Shown here one piece after another: positions 38,301-51,787 of a stretch of 64,000 bases of DNA. The position numbers were made by a program, and so were the translations under genes. A model generated the notes under the pieces. That model worked only from the letters and a program-made list of their open reading frames with translations, was not told the DNA's origin and did no database searches. The stretch comes from Phoronis australis. Lineage: Eukaryota > Animalia > Phoronida. Numbering within the stretch: position 1 is the first letter of the stretch; each line of letters begins with the position of its first letter. The stretch covers positions 310,001 to 374,000 of the forward strand of contig NMRA01000233.1 in NCBI GenBank assembly GCA_002633005.1, in the 5' to 3' direction.

Positions 38301-41180
38301 GGGCCAGTAAATATATGGAAGTCCAGAACTCCACCGATTGTTCGCCAAGTCACAGCATTAGCCGGCTGAAGTATCACTTCCATGGCGTTGCTGTTAAGAA
38401 GAAACACACCATGAAAGTTACCAGGCTCATCCATGGCCAGGTAAAATGGATGAGAACCGTACAGGTTTGTGTTACCCTACAAGGCAACAGTGACACAATT
38501 TAGATTACAAGCCAAGGATACCAGACAGAATGACCTGTCATTCCTATTGATAGACGGAAGCCGACAGTGGTCTTACCTCATGACCGAGAGTGAAGGGGAA
38601 TCAACAGGACAGTTAGTAAGGTGAATTTACGCCATTCTATTATTAGAATTTTGTCCCCATAATAGTTATTACCAACCATTTTGAAGTTAACAGAATTAGC
38701 TGCCGTAATGGGAAAATGTTATCTTTTGATTACTTTTGTCTTGTACTTTAAATTAGAATGTCCAGAAAATGATCTGCCAAATCAATATCTGTTTACTCGT
38801 TGCATCGCCTGGTGACATGCTAACCGTTGTCAGTATTCCAGAACAAAAAGTCGTTAATATGTGCACTGTGAAAATTGGATTCCACTAAAAATCCTGGTGT
38901 AGCCAGAAGAGCATTGCTTTTTCGAATTTCAGAAATTGCACTTCTATTGAATGCTATCTACGTTGGCTTGCTATGGCAACTCTCGGGTTAAAAATTCAAC
39001 GCAAAACTAAAAACTCCTCCAGTCATTCCAAAATATAAAATGTATGTACCTTTGACCGAAAATCTTTGTTCCATAAAGTGTATCGAGTCCAGTTGGTACT
39101 GCGTAGAATCTCACTTCCGTGAACACCGAGACCGTAAACGTATCGACTTGGTAAGATTGACGACCATTGGAGGAACTGATCCGCGAACACTAAGGCACCG
39201 ACTGAGGTATTAAATCTGGTAAACATAAGAACAATTTAAATTGTTTAAAATCTCTTAAGGCTACTATACACGGCCTTTTACAAAAGAAGGCATGCACGCG
39301 CCATGAAGTGATGGAAAATTATCCATTGACAGAAAGTAGTTTTAATTCGGGTTTCAGAACTGGTTACGCTGTTTATTTATTGCGGTATCTGCTCTTTGCG
39401 ATATGAATAATACAGTAGAACACCTCCCCATGGCATCTGATTTGAACCCATTTGTGATTGTCATATCTGAGTAGAAAAAGTTTGACGCATTTCATGTAAA
39501 GGGAAGTGCTTTAAAAGCCAACCATAATTAATTAGAAATTTAGTGTAATGTAAAAGCTATGCGTTTGATGGCGCATAACGGAGATGTTACTTACAAGACT
39601 TGTTTGGAGATGGCACGCTTGACAATTATAGAGAATGGGTAGGCAATTTCAACAACATAGTTTGGGCCATGCGATTCTTCTTGCGTTTTCTCTAAGGGAA
39701 CGTCGAGTGGCACTTCCCATCTTTCATTTCGGGGATCATAAATCTGGAACACACAAATGCAAGAAATAAAGGATACTAAATCCTGGTATCAGCACGACAC
39801 GTGACAAAATTGAAAGAGAAATCAAAATTTCGAGCAAATGACACAAAATAATCATGGAGTTGGCTAAATTTTACGTCATACATTTAGTCTGTGGCCACCG
39901 GTAATTCGAAATGTTCAAAAATCCATGGTGTGTACTGTTTAAAAGTGATGATTATTTTTCTAAACAGCCAATTTAGCCTTACAGGGAGCACTGACACGAA
40001 TAATATGCAGTGAACAGTGCGATAAATGGAACTGCGCTCAATGTTTGACCCCTTCCTGCGTTAATTTAGTACATGTATCGGCGGCCAAACTCATCATGTA
40101 AGGATGAAAGCGTATTGTGGTTTGGACAGGCGCTGCCACTCATCCTACAGAAATTACTGATTAAAAAACTACGAGTTGTATTGGAACATCCGTTGTTTCA
40201 TACTATAGTCGGCTATACAGTACTATATGTTGCAATTTACTCTTGGGGTGTATCGCTAAAAAAATCATGTCGGGTTGTAAATTTCTCGTAAAAGCCGGTT
40301 TTTGTGACTATTTGGGCTAGCAAAGTTACAAGGCATAGCACAATCGAGAGTAAGTGCATTGTGAAACATATTTATGGACTAACAGAGAAGGACATTGACT
40401 GATAAACTATTAATTATGTGCATGGCTATTTCTTGCTCAATATTGGCCTAAGGTACATACATGTATGTCTGACCGGTAGAAGAGGGCATGACTTCGGCTG
40501 AACAAGAATTTAGGTCAAGCTCGTGGATACTTTGGATTGATAAAATAACAGCATAATCGTGAAGTACGGCACTTTACACGCTGTATAATAAACATGATAC
40601 TAGTATGCGTTTCAAGTGAGCGCACATCAACAACACATCAATAAAGAAATTTGATAAGAAATAGTTGTCTATTGACGAACATGGAAATACCCTATACGAG
40701 TGCATGGTGGACAATGCTACTAATTTCAGTACTGTTGAAATAAATGAAGGGCAGACGTACCTTTATATTCAAGTGAGAGTCTGTCACCTGCGTAATATCA
40801 ATGCGCAAACGCTTGATATCCGTGGCTCGCATCTTGCTTCGTTTCCCGATGATATCTATCGATTTTCTATTCTTCGATACAAATCGCGTATTTTTTATAT
40901 AATACGTTGTGAAATTCTTTGAGTAAAAACACGACGGGAGTTCTTTGTACTTGGATGGATTCCAACAACATCCCCGGCGAAGACAGTCCACTTTAGATTT
41001 CCCGGCGTCCGGCCCGCAGTCAAACCTCCATGAAACTTCAATGTCACAAATTTGGGAATTGCTCTTCGTTTTTTGAGTCAGCCTTCCATTGCGAGTTGTT
41101 GACCACTGCATTCGGAGGCAACAATGCGCAATTTGGCAATGAAACAGTGTGTAGATAAAGAGTACCCAAGCGTTAGCCAT
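35313..41180 (-). CDS. GAA: Glycoside hydrolase family 31, lysosomal alpha-glucosidase-like (signal peptide, trefoil domain, N-terminal beta domain, catalytic barrel), 5 exons, 925 aa
   Basis: Exons 41180-40761, 39743-39595, 39215-39050, 38476-36509, 35387-35313; GT-AG, phases consistent, 2778 nt. Trefoil RFDCGP...CLRRGCCW...CFY; NLYGSHPFY; nucleophile WIDMNE; acid/base WTGDN; GADICGF; RNHN. GAA orthology versus MGAM/SI-like paralogy is not established. Confidence 0.93.
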
Positions 41181-44037
41181 TTTGAAAAGTGTTATTAAGT
41201 AGACCGACTCAGACCAAACTTCAATAGGGCTGCGACATCCTCTGTCACAGCGCCACCTTTCTGGAAATGTGACCCTAGTGGATTGGTAATGAACGACATG
41301 CACTGAGAAGTCCGTGTGTGGGCATCAGTGCGCATACCTCGCTTTGAATGCATATCTACACGTGTGGTGCAAAAGTGAGTCAGAAAAGTATAACGAACCC
41401 CTTCTGTTGTTTTTGACGCCTTGTAATCTTCCTTGTGTCAACAAAAAAAACATGAACTTTTGCGCAATGCATCGATTTTATCTGTTCTTGTGATTTCAAC
41501 CACTGCAAACCACAAAAGCATTTCTCAATATAAAAAACAGTCAACATCAACCAATCGGAGTATTTTAATTATATTTTCAGCCAGTCGGAATTTTATTTTT
41601 TCTGCTAGCCATTGAGAAGCCGTGTAACATGACCAATCCATAACGATACTAGATCTAAGGTCACGGTTCGTGTCTTTGTAGCTCTCCTCAAATGAAGAAA
41701 ATGGGGTGCGTCTGCTTTGACGACAATTTTGTGAAGAACACGGTGTGTGATTGCCTTGAATGGTATTCAGTAGTTTCTTGGAGTTGTTTTGAGTAAATGA
41801 AGTCCAGAAATTTTGCCTCTGCTCTGTTCTACCCGCCGGATACGGAACTCGCGCCATTTTCAGAGCACACCCCTTGTTGAGTGGGAAACTGTTGGGACCA
41901 ATACAGGAAACCTTTAGACAAATGGAAATTTGGCACAAATCTGATTGGTAACGACATTATTTTTTACTTACTTACTGCAAGAGCCTTTGAATTCTTGTCT
42001 ACCTTCTGCTTCCGGGGCAGTCGTGGTTTTGTCATTTTAGGGAGAATATGCCAAAATCGATTTTTGTAAGTTTTAGGCATCTCCATTTTCTGATGGACGT
42101 TATAGTTTCTTCATCTTTAAAGAACCCCATCGAGTACGTTTTTGAAAGTTATGTTCTTTCATGTGTCTCGAGACGGGGCTTTTGTTGATTCAGACCAGTG
42201 CGACCAGATCCGATTCGAACTGTGGTCTTTACTCTTTCATAATGCCAAAGGCATCATCTAAGTCAAGTCCAATGTAGTCTCTCACAGTACTGAAATCTGT
42301 TAATTGATTTGCTTCGGGGAATCCGGAAATGTTCTACAAATAATCTTCTAACCCTGCAAGGTGTTACTCGTTTTTGTTTATGAATAAAAATTAATAAAAA
42401 CGGAGCGAGGTGACAAATTAAAAATGTTGAACAAGTTGAAGCTGGAGCCAGTTTTGATGGCATGTGCAATTGGAGAGGTGCTTTTAAAACTTATTAAAGG
42501 CTTGCGTGAACTCGTATGTTGAAGATGGTCTATGAACCAATATCCGCGTCTGTTGAAGTCCGATTTGAACCCATTGTGTATTGTACTCTGCCCACTCAAC
42601 GCTAAACTCGTAGGCAGCAGTAAGTGCTGTTTGGCAAGTGTACCATTTTCCTGTCAGACACAAAATTTCAAAACCCCATATCATAATCGTTGTTTGCCTC
42701 TGAAGACTAGCTCGTGCCCTCGCAGTGGCGTCCACACAAGAAAGTCATGTTTTCGGGGTCGAACCTTTTTACGAGAAATCGAACTCCAAATTATTTTTAT
42801 TCTTTTCCATTCTACTTATATGCGAAGTCAATATGAGTGTATGTAATTCTGTACTCGAATATATTATGGTTTTTCGTGTATGACTGTGTAATCCTACTTT
42901 GTACTTAAAGACCCCAGCACTGAAGCTATAATTTCGAGTCTGAACTCAAAATCTCGAGTTTTCACTCTAGGTTGAAGGTCTTGCGAATTCGGATTATTCA
43001 CTCATTTGTGCAATCCAAGATATACTTAAGCACGTAATAATAGTTAACTGTCTTAAGTTTGTATCAAACGGGGACGGAAAACGTCAAAATATATCATCGT
43101 GATTGATTGCGAGTAAAAAGACTATACTCTGGTGTCATGACGTTAATACCTGAACAGAATCATGCTGTGGAGTTCCATTGCAAAACTTACCCTATCTAGA
43201 GTTTCTAACTGCGTGCTCCGAGGAAATGGGAAAAGACATGTACTTCGTAGATTGTTCAACATCTGGTGTGATGTGAGTGCACATACACGGTAGTGCTGTC
43301 CTGGTAAATTTAGGAGTATGTATTCGCCAGAAGCGTAACATTTTGTTGGTCCACGCGCCAGTACACCTCACCTTACGACCATTACACCTCACCTTACGGT
43401 ATGTAAACGCTACATTGAAATTGAAAAGATGGTGTGCTGCGTCTACGCCTCACTACACCACTGGTGCACGGTCCATGTGCATGGGCCGCCCGTGTGTGGA
43501 TCAACTTCAACATATACAGTATATACGTTTTGGCTTTGTTTCATGTGGATACGTCATTGATACCTTCCCTGAGCGCATTATTCAACTACATTTCTGTCAT
43601 AACGTGGTTCTACAGCATGTCAGTCTCTCCTCACTGTCTCGGTGTAACTCACCTATTAAATTGGTCACGTATCGGTTGAGGCTCGGCCTATCCTGTCGAT
43701 TCAATGTTATTCTAATGCCCAGCAAGATTGGAAAAATTTTCGAAGTTTGACGACTTTTAACGCAGACACCAACCCAGCGCTCCAAGTGTAGTCTCGATTG
43801 CCGGCTGATACGACATTTTTCTGCCACAATCTCGGCGGATCAGCGTCCGAAGCTTTATGTGCCTGAGACATAAAGGGTACACTTCGGCCATATAAGTTTC
43901 CGACAGCGTCAACGACCTGTTGCGTTGCAACAGAAAAATTGTCATATCGGCTGAACACCTCGCGATTAGGGACAGCCGTTGCTGACTTTCGGGCGTCAAA
44001 AATCAATCGATGCAACTGATCCGGTGAAAAATTCGAA

Positions 44038-44251
44038 CGAGCCCCCCATTTGGCGAAGTGGGCAAATAGGTCAGCCTCAGAGAAACAAAAAGTCCGAGAG
44101 AACGAGACAAAAGTCCACTAAGAAGGCGCAGACGCAAAGTGAAGGTGGTACCCCGTTGTTTTCTTTTTTTAGTCCTCCCGTTTTTTGTCAGCAAAAGGTC
44201 CATATCGCCAGAAATTCGAGCCCCCCCATATTAAAGGCTGAGTGCGCGCAT
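44038..44251 (+). mobile_element. MITE family A, copy 3 (5' truncated)
   Basis: CCCCATTTGGCGAAGTGG...GGTCAGCCTCAGAGAAAC...AAATTCGAGCCCC...GTGCGCGCATG. Confidence 0.75.
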
Positions 44252-44289
44252 GAAATGCACCGTAAACGGTGTGCTTCTAGGGGTGTTTA

Positions 44290-45931
44290 ATTGTATTCTA
44301 GAAATGGTCACTAGATGGCGCAAATACATCAAATCCATCCGAAAACGGCAACATGTCATCGATTCTTTAATACAAAGCTACTAACCAAATTTCATAAAAA
44401 TCCGTCAAGGACCCCAGAGAAACAGAGGAAAACGGAAAAAATGAAATTGGCATTAGGAGGGACATAATTCGTTGGATCCGTCTGAAATTCGTCATCCGTT
44501 GTCAACTTATACACTTGCTGAATTTAACAAAGATCAAGCAGTGGGCTTAGGAGATACAGCTACGGAAGAAAAAAAAAACTGCCACTAGGATGCGCCACAG
44601 TAGTCGAAGCCATCGGAATATCACCGTCAACCGTCCTCTTTATTCTAAGAACATTTATACCGGTATGCCAATTTTCACAATCGTCCTTAGAGCGGTTTGA
44701 TTGATAGAGGGGTGGACGCCAAAAACAGGCTCAAAAACAGTAGCCACTAGATGACGCAAAATACGTCAAATCCATCCAAAAACGGGTATATGTCATCATT
44801 TCTTTAACAGAAAGCTATTTATTAAGTTTCATACGTATCCGTCAAGGAACTTCAAAAGACAGAGGAAAACGGAAAAAATGAAATTGCCACTAGGGGGCAC
44901 AGCAATAATCAGATATGTCTGAAAGTCGCTGCCGTCCGTTGTCAACTTCATATAATTACTCTTCTTAAATTTGATAAAGTTCCTGCAATGGCTTTAGGAG
45001 ATACAGCTATGGGCGCAAAAAACTGCCACTAGGAGGCGCCAAAGTAGTCAAAGTCGTCGGAAAATCACCGCCAGCCGTCTTCTTCACAGTAGGAACATAT
45101 ATGTCAATTTTTAAAATCATCCTTATGGCGATTCGGTTGACAAACGGGCGAACGCCAAAAAAACAGTAAAAATGGTCTCTAGGTGGGGTAAAATAACTTG
45201 AATCCATCCGAAAACAGAAGAAAAGCATCATCTCACTAATAAATGCCTATCTGCCAAGTTTATAAAAATCTACTGAGGATATTTGCAGAGGTAAACGTGA
45301 AAAACTAAAATTGCCTCTAGGGGGCACACTGGTAGACCGATCAGTTCGAAAGTCGTCGTCATCCTTTGTCAACTTCATGTAAATACCCTAAATTTAATAG
45401 ATATCCTGCAGAGCGTTTACAAGATACAACCATAGATACAAAATCACACAAAACTGCCACAAGGAGGCGCTACAGTAGTAGAAGTAGTCGGAAAATCATC
45501 GTCATAGTAAGAGCATACATAACAATTTTCACTATCATACTTAAAGCGATTTGGTTGAAAGAGGGGCGGACGCCAAAAAACAGACTCGAAAACAGTAAAA
45601 ATGGCCACTGAGTGGCGCAAAATACGTGAAATAAATCCGAAAACGCTTCAATAGATGGCTATGTGTCAAGTTTCATGAAAATCTGTTCAGGACCTTTGAA
45701 GATACAGAGGTAAACGCAAAAAAACTAAAATTGCCACTAGGGGACACACCAGTAGTCGAGTCCGTCCAAAATTCGTCGTCATCCGTCGTCAGCTTCATAG
45801 GAACAAATCTGTCAAATCTCATCCATATCCTGTAAGGGGCTTAGGAGATACAGCTGCGGACGCCAGACGCCAGACGCCCGGACAGACGGCAATATGCACC
45901 TACATATACATATGTGAGCGCATAATAAAAA
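44290..45931 (-). mobile_element. HINE/DINE-1-like element, copy 2, with a tandem array of ~430-bp core units
   Basis: Unit marker (CACTAGxTGGCGCAAAATAC...AATCC..CGAAAAC) recurs at about 44308, 44743, 45175 and 45604. The terminus at 45.9 kb matches the start of copy 1 (27459). Confidence 0.75.
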
Positions 45932-46561
45932 CCAGAAGTTGCATGTTTCGTGCGAAAAAATCATGTTTGTGAAAAATTCGGCGATCTCCATGCCATCGTG
46001 TCATTACGAACATCTGAAGCATTTCTTTCGTGAACATGATAATATTCTATGATCATCAGGGATTTTCAAAATATTTAGTTCCATGGGTCTACTTTTATTA
46101 CTTAAACAGTTATTTAAGAGATTCGGTCATTGGTATCATATTTCCGAGAGAAACTAGTAACTTAAGTGAAAGTAATTGACTTCTCTCTCCCAATGTTACT
46201 ATATTGTATTCACCAACCTGTTAGCTTGTGTATTTTCATTGAAATGACAGAAACTTATCAAAACGTGTAAGGTCGTGCTCAAGTCAGGTTTATTGAAATA
46301 TTGTGGCTACTCTTAAATTTGAGAAATACTCCTACATGAATTTTAGTGACGTCAATGCCAAGATGAAAATCATGTTCTTAACTGGTGAAAATAAATTGAA
46401 AAGTATCTTTCACAACATTTAAAGGGTCAACTGGATGACCCAGTAATTGACTGCACACACGTAAGCAGTTTCTTCTACATGTTTAATTGGTGTCAAGGAC
46501 TTCAAGTAGGATATAAAGTGCGATTATTTCATTTTACAACGTTTCTTTAGCTTTAGCAGTT

Positions 46562-46662
46562 GACTTCATCCGATTCCAAACACTTGGACTATTTGAAACT
46601 AAACTTTTACGACTTCATCCGGTTCCAAACACTTGCGCTTTTTGAACATATACTTTTACGAC
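46562..46662. repeat. Two-copy ~49-bp tandem duplication
   Basis: GACTTCATCCG(A/G)TTCCAAACACTT...ACTTTTAC occurs twice. Confidence 0.8.
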
Positions 46663-47774
46663 CCAGAGCAGTGGTACAATTTTTTTTCTAACCGGAAATC
46701 TTTGCAATTCTTGCCGGCGACAAGTTCTAAGGTTTCAATGACGCCCTACAAAAGAAAGAAATGTGGATGATTTTTAAGCATACTAAACAACAGAATTATA
46801 CGTTTGGGTGACCAGAAAGCCCGACATTTATTATAGCTACAACATCTGCACAGTAACAATCATTTCCTCGTGAAAACACTTATAAGCTGTGAGTGTCGGT
46901 TTCGTCTGCTACATCCCTTGAGCTATATTTAACATTAACGCATTTTGACATATGTTCTAATATACTGAAGATGGGTCTTTTTAAGATGGGCCGATGTCTG
47001 AATACTACAGGAGAATCACGTTGAGATATGTGGAATTGAAAACGTGTTGTAAAAGTAGGAGTAGATTATTTAGAAGTTATGGTTACCCTTTAGTTTCGCA
47101 CAACATGTAATAAGGTTCCGTTGACACGATTTGCGATTGCATCGGAAGTCTAGGAAAAATTTGCAAAAAGTCCGAAGTTGCTTTATTAGATAAAGTACTG
47201 TAATAAACTGGTTTCATTTGAAGAATTTTTTGGGCTGGGAAGAACAAAACTGACATTTCTTTACTAAATGAGCCCAGGCTCAAAAACTTAACTTGACCCG
47301 GCGGGTCCTTAAAGGCGCTGAGAATGGCCTATGAGAAATAACTAACTATTCTACAAACAATACAATACAAAGACAAGTGTACTGTGTGTAGGATATGTTT
47401 TGTATCAGTATTGCGCGTTTGCTCCGAACTATCACCAGCGCAATACACGCGGAGAGTGAACTTGTAAGTGTGTTGCTGTTTCCAGGAGGACATGAACGTG
47501 GAATTAAAAGCGGATGACACTTATTGGGGAGAGGTAACCAATCTGTGCTCTGCGTTGCTAAATTACACGACGTCATTTTTCAGTCGCCCAATCATGATAT
47601 AGAGTAGTACAGAGCCGTCTAGTCTTCGCTAGGAGGGCGAATCTACGCAATATTACTACGGAACGAAAGGGGTACTGTTTAATTTAATTACTGTTTCACT
47701 GGACGAACGTCCTGATGGACACAAATCAACGAAGCCAGCAGACGACAGCCCCGACAAAGGCGCCGGAAACTCAC

Positions 47775-49111
47775 CCTGCGCACTTGGGTGTCTTCCAACA
47801 AACGCTACGGAGGAAGTTCTGGGATACAAGTTAACAATTGCAAATAATTATTCGAAACCGTGTGCACACTGTGAACTTTTTCGAAGTTGCAGATGAGCAG
47901 TGTAAAGACAACCACAGGTGATTGAAAAGGAGTAATAAGTTGATTCCGGAACTTCTTGCAAAAAACAAAATCTATGAGTGAATGGCGCATAATTTAATAA
48001 TCTAATTCTCAGTTTAGCACACTTACGTTTCTTTGACGTCTTTCTTCGTCTCTGCTGTCTTCCTTTTTTGTTTTGCCTTTCTGCTCTTCTGCTTTAGTAG
48101 ACCTTTCTCATCACGTTTGCAGTTGACCGCTCTTGCCTTCAAGCACTTGCATCGTTTAATACTGAACTTCCTTGTTCCAGGACATTTGTATTCTTTTCCA
48201 TCAAAAAGGAATTTTTTGCACTTTTTACCCGGAATAAGCTCCACGAGCTTGCCGTTCTTTCCCCTGCACTGCGGTCCTGTTGAAAAGGTAAGTAGGTAAT
48301 GACAATGGTGGAACGACATAATAATGAACGAATACAAATGAAGGCAATTCTTGGAGTTGCTAAATCACCATATTACAAGAGATTCTTTTATCCCGTTCAT
48401 GATCAGTTAAAAATCCACGAAGAAATGTTAATTAGCCAAAGCCTATTTTAAGTGAAGCTTTTCAACGTTACATTATTTTTTGAAATATATGAATTTCTAT
48501 TTACACTTTTGGCTTCAGTATTTGAATGTGTTGTCGCGCACCAACAAATGTGGTGCCACAATCGAACGAAACAATTTTATTGCTCATTTTGTATGAATGA
48601 ACTCGATAAGAACACATACAGGACATAACGGAACGGTCGTATTATAGCGATATCGTCAAGTTATTGAGGCTCAGTTTATATTCTTTAGTGGTTAGCGAAG
48701 GAAATATGTTGCGCTGTCACCCTTCTGTAGCAGTTCTGAAGTAAGTGCGGAAGATTTGAAGAAACTGAAACGTCTCACTGTCCAAGAACTTTTTCGGGCA
48801 ATGCTGCCACCAACAGGTTTATTCGTGTACTTTTCCTGACAATGAGGCTCATTAATTTAGGGAATCGTACACGGTATCCACGGGAAATTTATTATTACAT
48901 AAACATAAGCATAGAACTTTGTATATGAGTGGTTCAGTCTATGGTTGAAATTGTATGCAGCTGGCGCGCGTTACCAGTTCCAACATCTCTCCGAACTTTG
49001 CTTCACACTGCTCACCTTTTGGTAGGATATAAACGGCGATTCAGGCCGCGGCGTCGTAGTAAATGTAGGAGAACATTATGCAGAAGTGATTGGCGGGAAT
49101 TCTTGGGACTC
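47775..49111 (-). pseudogene. Duplicated 3-exon module (49111-49016, 48276-48027, 47818-47775) of the basic chitin-binding-like gene; partly disabled
   Basis: Introns and exons are homologous to 57290-58655. The first exon has an in-frame TGA (49043-49041). The second encodes GPQCRGKNGKLVELIPGKKCKKFLFDGKEYKCPGTRKFSIKRCKCLKARAVNC plus a K/R tail. Exon lengths of 250 and 44 nt differ from the paralog (279 and 45). Confidence 0.6.
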
Positions 49112-49264
49112 CTGAGTTATATATTATCAAAGGGTGTAATAACTTCAAATATAGTTACAGAGAGAGAGAGACAGAGAACACGTTAATAAACTTGTATAGC
49201 GATTAGTGAAAAACAATAAAACAGTTGGATCTATTGTGTATGCAAACACAAACACAAACACAAA

Positions 49265-49285
49265 TACATATACATACATACATGC

Positions 49286-49345
<60 letters not shown>

Positions 49346-49350
49346 TTATT
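49265..49350. repeat. (TA)n / (TACA)n microsatellite adjoining the LINE tail
   Basis: Directly visible. Confidence 0.9.
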
Positions 49351-51787
49351 TATGAGCCGGAGATCATCGGAGGCAAAATCAATGAGGACGACCGTACAAC
49401 ACAGTAGGAGTACAACATAAAACAAGTAAAGAATACAAAAACGAGACAATAACTACTATTTACTATTCATTCATTTGACATACGATCACAAGACTGACAC
49501 AGTGTTATGAGTACTTCAACAAATAAATAAATAAGCCTGACACCTTAGAAAAAATAAGTAAAAGGGTGTTACATCTATACACAGATTAGAACATGATAAA
49601 CAAGTTGAATGAACGTACGTAATAACTACAATTGTATAATTATATGTGTGCGCGTGCGTGCTTCTATGTGTGCTAACATTAGTAGTGCCTCTGTGTAATA
49701 ATGCAATTTGTACATGGTTATTGACGATAGACACAGTTGCATAAGAAGCAGTTTGAGTCATTGGGTATCTATCATTCTATTCCTGTAATATCTTGAAAGT
49801 CCAACAAGTGACCGGGTATTGATCTTAAGCAGAGCTGAAGAGGATATTTTATTTTCATTGATAATTTTAGGAACATGGAAGGTGCTTATCTAAAAATTTG
49901 TAATATATTTTCAAGTAAGACATATTAAGAGTGTCTTCAAGAGTATTTGCATATTGGGTTTATATAGGTAAAATAATGTGAGTTGGCGATTTTTCATGAG
50001 GCTCATTTCTGAAGAAGTTGTATTCTGGTGACATTTTTAAATCTCCATATTGTGATGAAAAAGGTTAAGTGCGTGTGGATCAAGGAGAAGTAAATCGTTG
50101 TTAGTGTGAATAAAGGCAAATATTTCTTGAGTTTTTTAGTACACCACAGGTTTGTGTAATTTTTGTTCCCATCAAATTATTATGTTCAGACCAGGATAAA
50201 GAATTGTCAAACGTTGTTTCCCGAAACTTAAATGTTTTAACACAAGTTAGGTTTTGACAGTTTATTGTAAGCTCGGGTATTGAATTTTGATGTATTATTT
50301 GTGAGAGGAATCGAATACCCTGTAATTTAGTTTTAGTGACATTTAATGACATTCTGTTTATTTATAACCATGCGAATATGTGTGATATCTTTTTATTAAT
50401 TTCATTTTCGTTGCTTATTGGTTTTGTAGACGAAGGTGTGTACATAACACAGGTATCATCATCATACATAGGGGTCTCAAGAGAAGTGGATTTGTGGAGG
50501 TCATTTACGTAAATAAGAAAAAGGAGGGGACCAAGAATACTGCTTGTGAAAGTTGATTTTGGGAGGGTGAATTGTCAAATAAAACAAATTGCTGTAAATT
50601 GGTTAAATGAAGAATAAATGCTCTACTCCAGTTATGCCGTGAAATGAAAGCTTATGTAAGATACTGCGGTCTGTTGTGTAAAAGGCTTTTGAAAGGTCTA
50701 AAAGATGGTTGTTGGGTTCAACCCCTGGTCGAGATGTGCGTTAATTCTGTGAGTTAGTTCAAGTGTTGCAAATTCAGTTGATCGTAATTTCTGAAAACCA
50801 TATTGGTGTTCATATAAGAGCTTGTTTGTAATAAGGAAGTCATAACAGTGGTCACAGGCGATTTTTTCAAATAATTTGGGGAAGGCAGGAAGTAGAAAGC
50901 TAAGCCTGTAGTTGTTAATATTATGTTCATCTAAGTCACTTCCTTTGTATATAGGCACAACCTTGGCAATTTCGAAATCAGGTAGAAAACAACCTGTGTC
51001 AAAACATAGACTGATGATGGTAGTGAATGGTTTTATAGTGACCGGAGTAACCGCATTTCATGAGTTTGGTGGAAATGTTGTCAAATACTGTGCTAGATTT
51101 CGATTTGATATTACCCAAGGAATTTCAAATACTGCTAGAAATTTAAATTTTGTTTGTGTAGAATTGGATAAGAAAGAGTCAAATTTAGGATGGTAATTTG
51201 GTACAGTTGTTGTTTGTTTTGAAAATGCTTTGGATTACATTCCATGTCTTGCTGGAATCTGGCTTATATTTATTGAGTTCATTGTGAAAATAAAGTTTGG
51301 ATAAGTCATTTCAAAATTTTAATTTAGGTACTAAACTTCCTCTTTCGTTCGTCAAGCAGTGGGCTGGTTGTGAATGTAGGTTTTATTTTATCAGTTTGAC
51401 ATTTTTATTGAAATAAGAAACCTTGTGTTATCCATGGGTTTATTTTGTGCCTGTATTTGTTGAACCGTATGTTTTTGTAGGGTAAACGTTTTTGATATAG
51501 CTTAGTATTGATATTAGACAGTGTTGCATACTTAGTGTCCACGTATGAGCTTTGATTTTGACTGAAAATGTGAACGAAGTTGATCTCTTTCAGTTCATTA
51601 AAGAATTTCCTCGTTTTTATGTACTTGTATTCTAATTCTTTTTGGGATGCGTGATTTGTAATTAACATTAACATTTAGTGAGATAAATGCCATAAAGTGG
51701 CCAGATGGACCGGAGAAGTTTATACCACTGCAAGATGTTTTGGTGTTATCAATAGATGTATAATAAACAATCATTTTGAGATGCTGA

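Noticed and set aside
42260-42750. Possible Penelope GIY-YIG remnant (AYEFS...TRILVHRP...IAHAIKTG)
   Set aside because: Catalytic motifs are not recoverable by eye; needs a profile search.
44290-45931. Regularly spaced repeats as a CRISPR-like array
   Set aside because: The units are whole diverged tandem repeats without unique spacers, the context is eukaryotic, and no cas genes are present.
49041-49043. In-frame TGA as possible selenocysteine
   Set aside because: It aligns to Glu, not Cys, in the paralog, and no SECIS was recognised.
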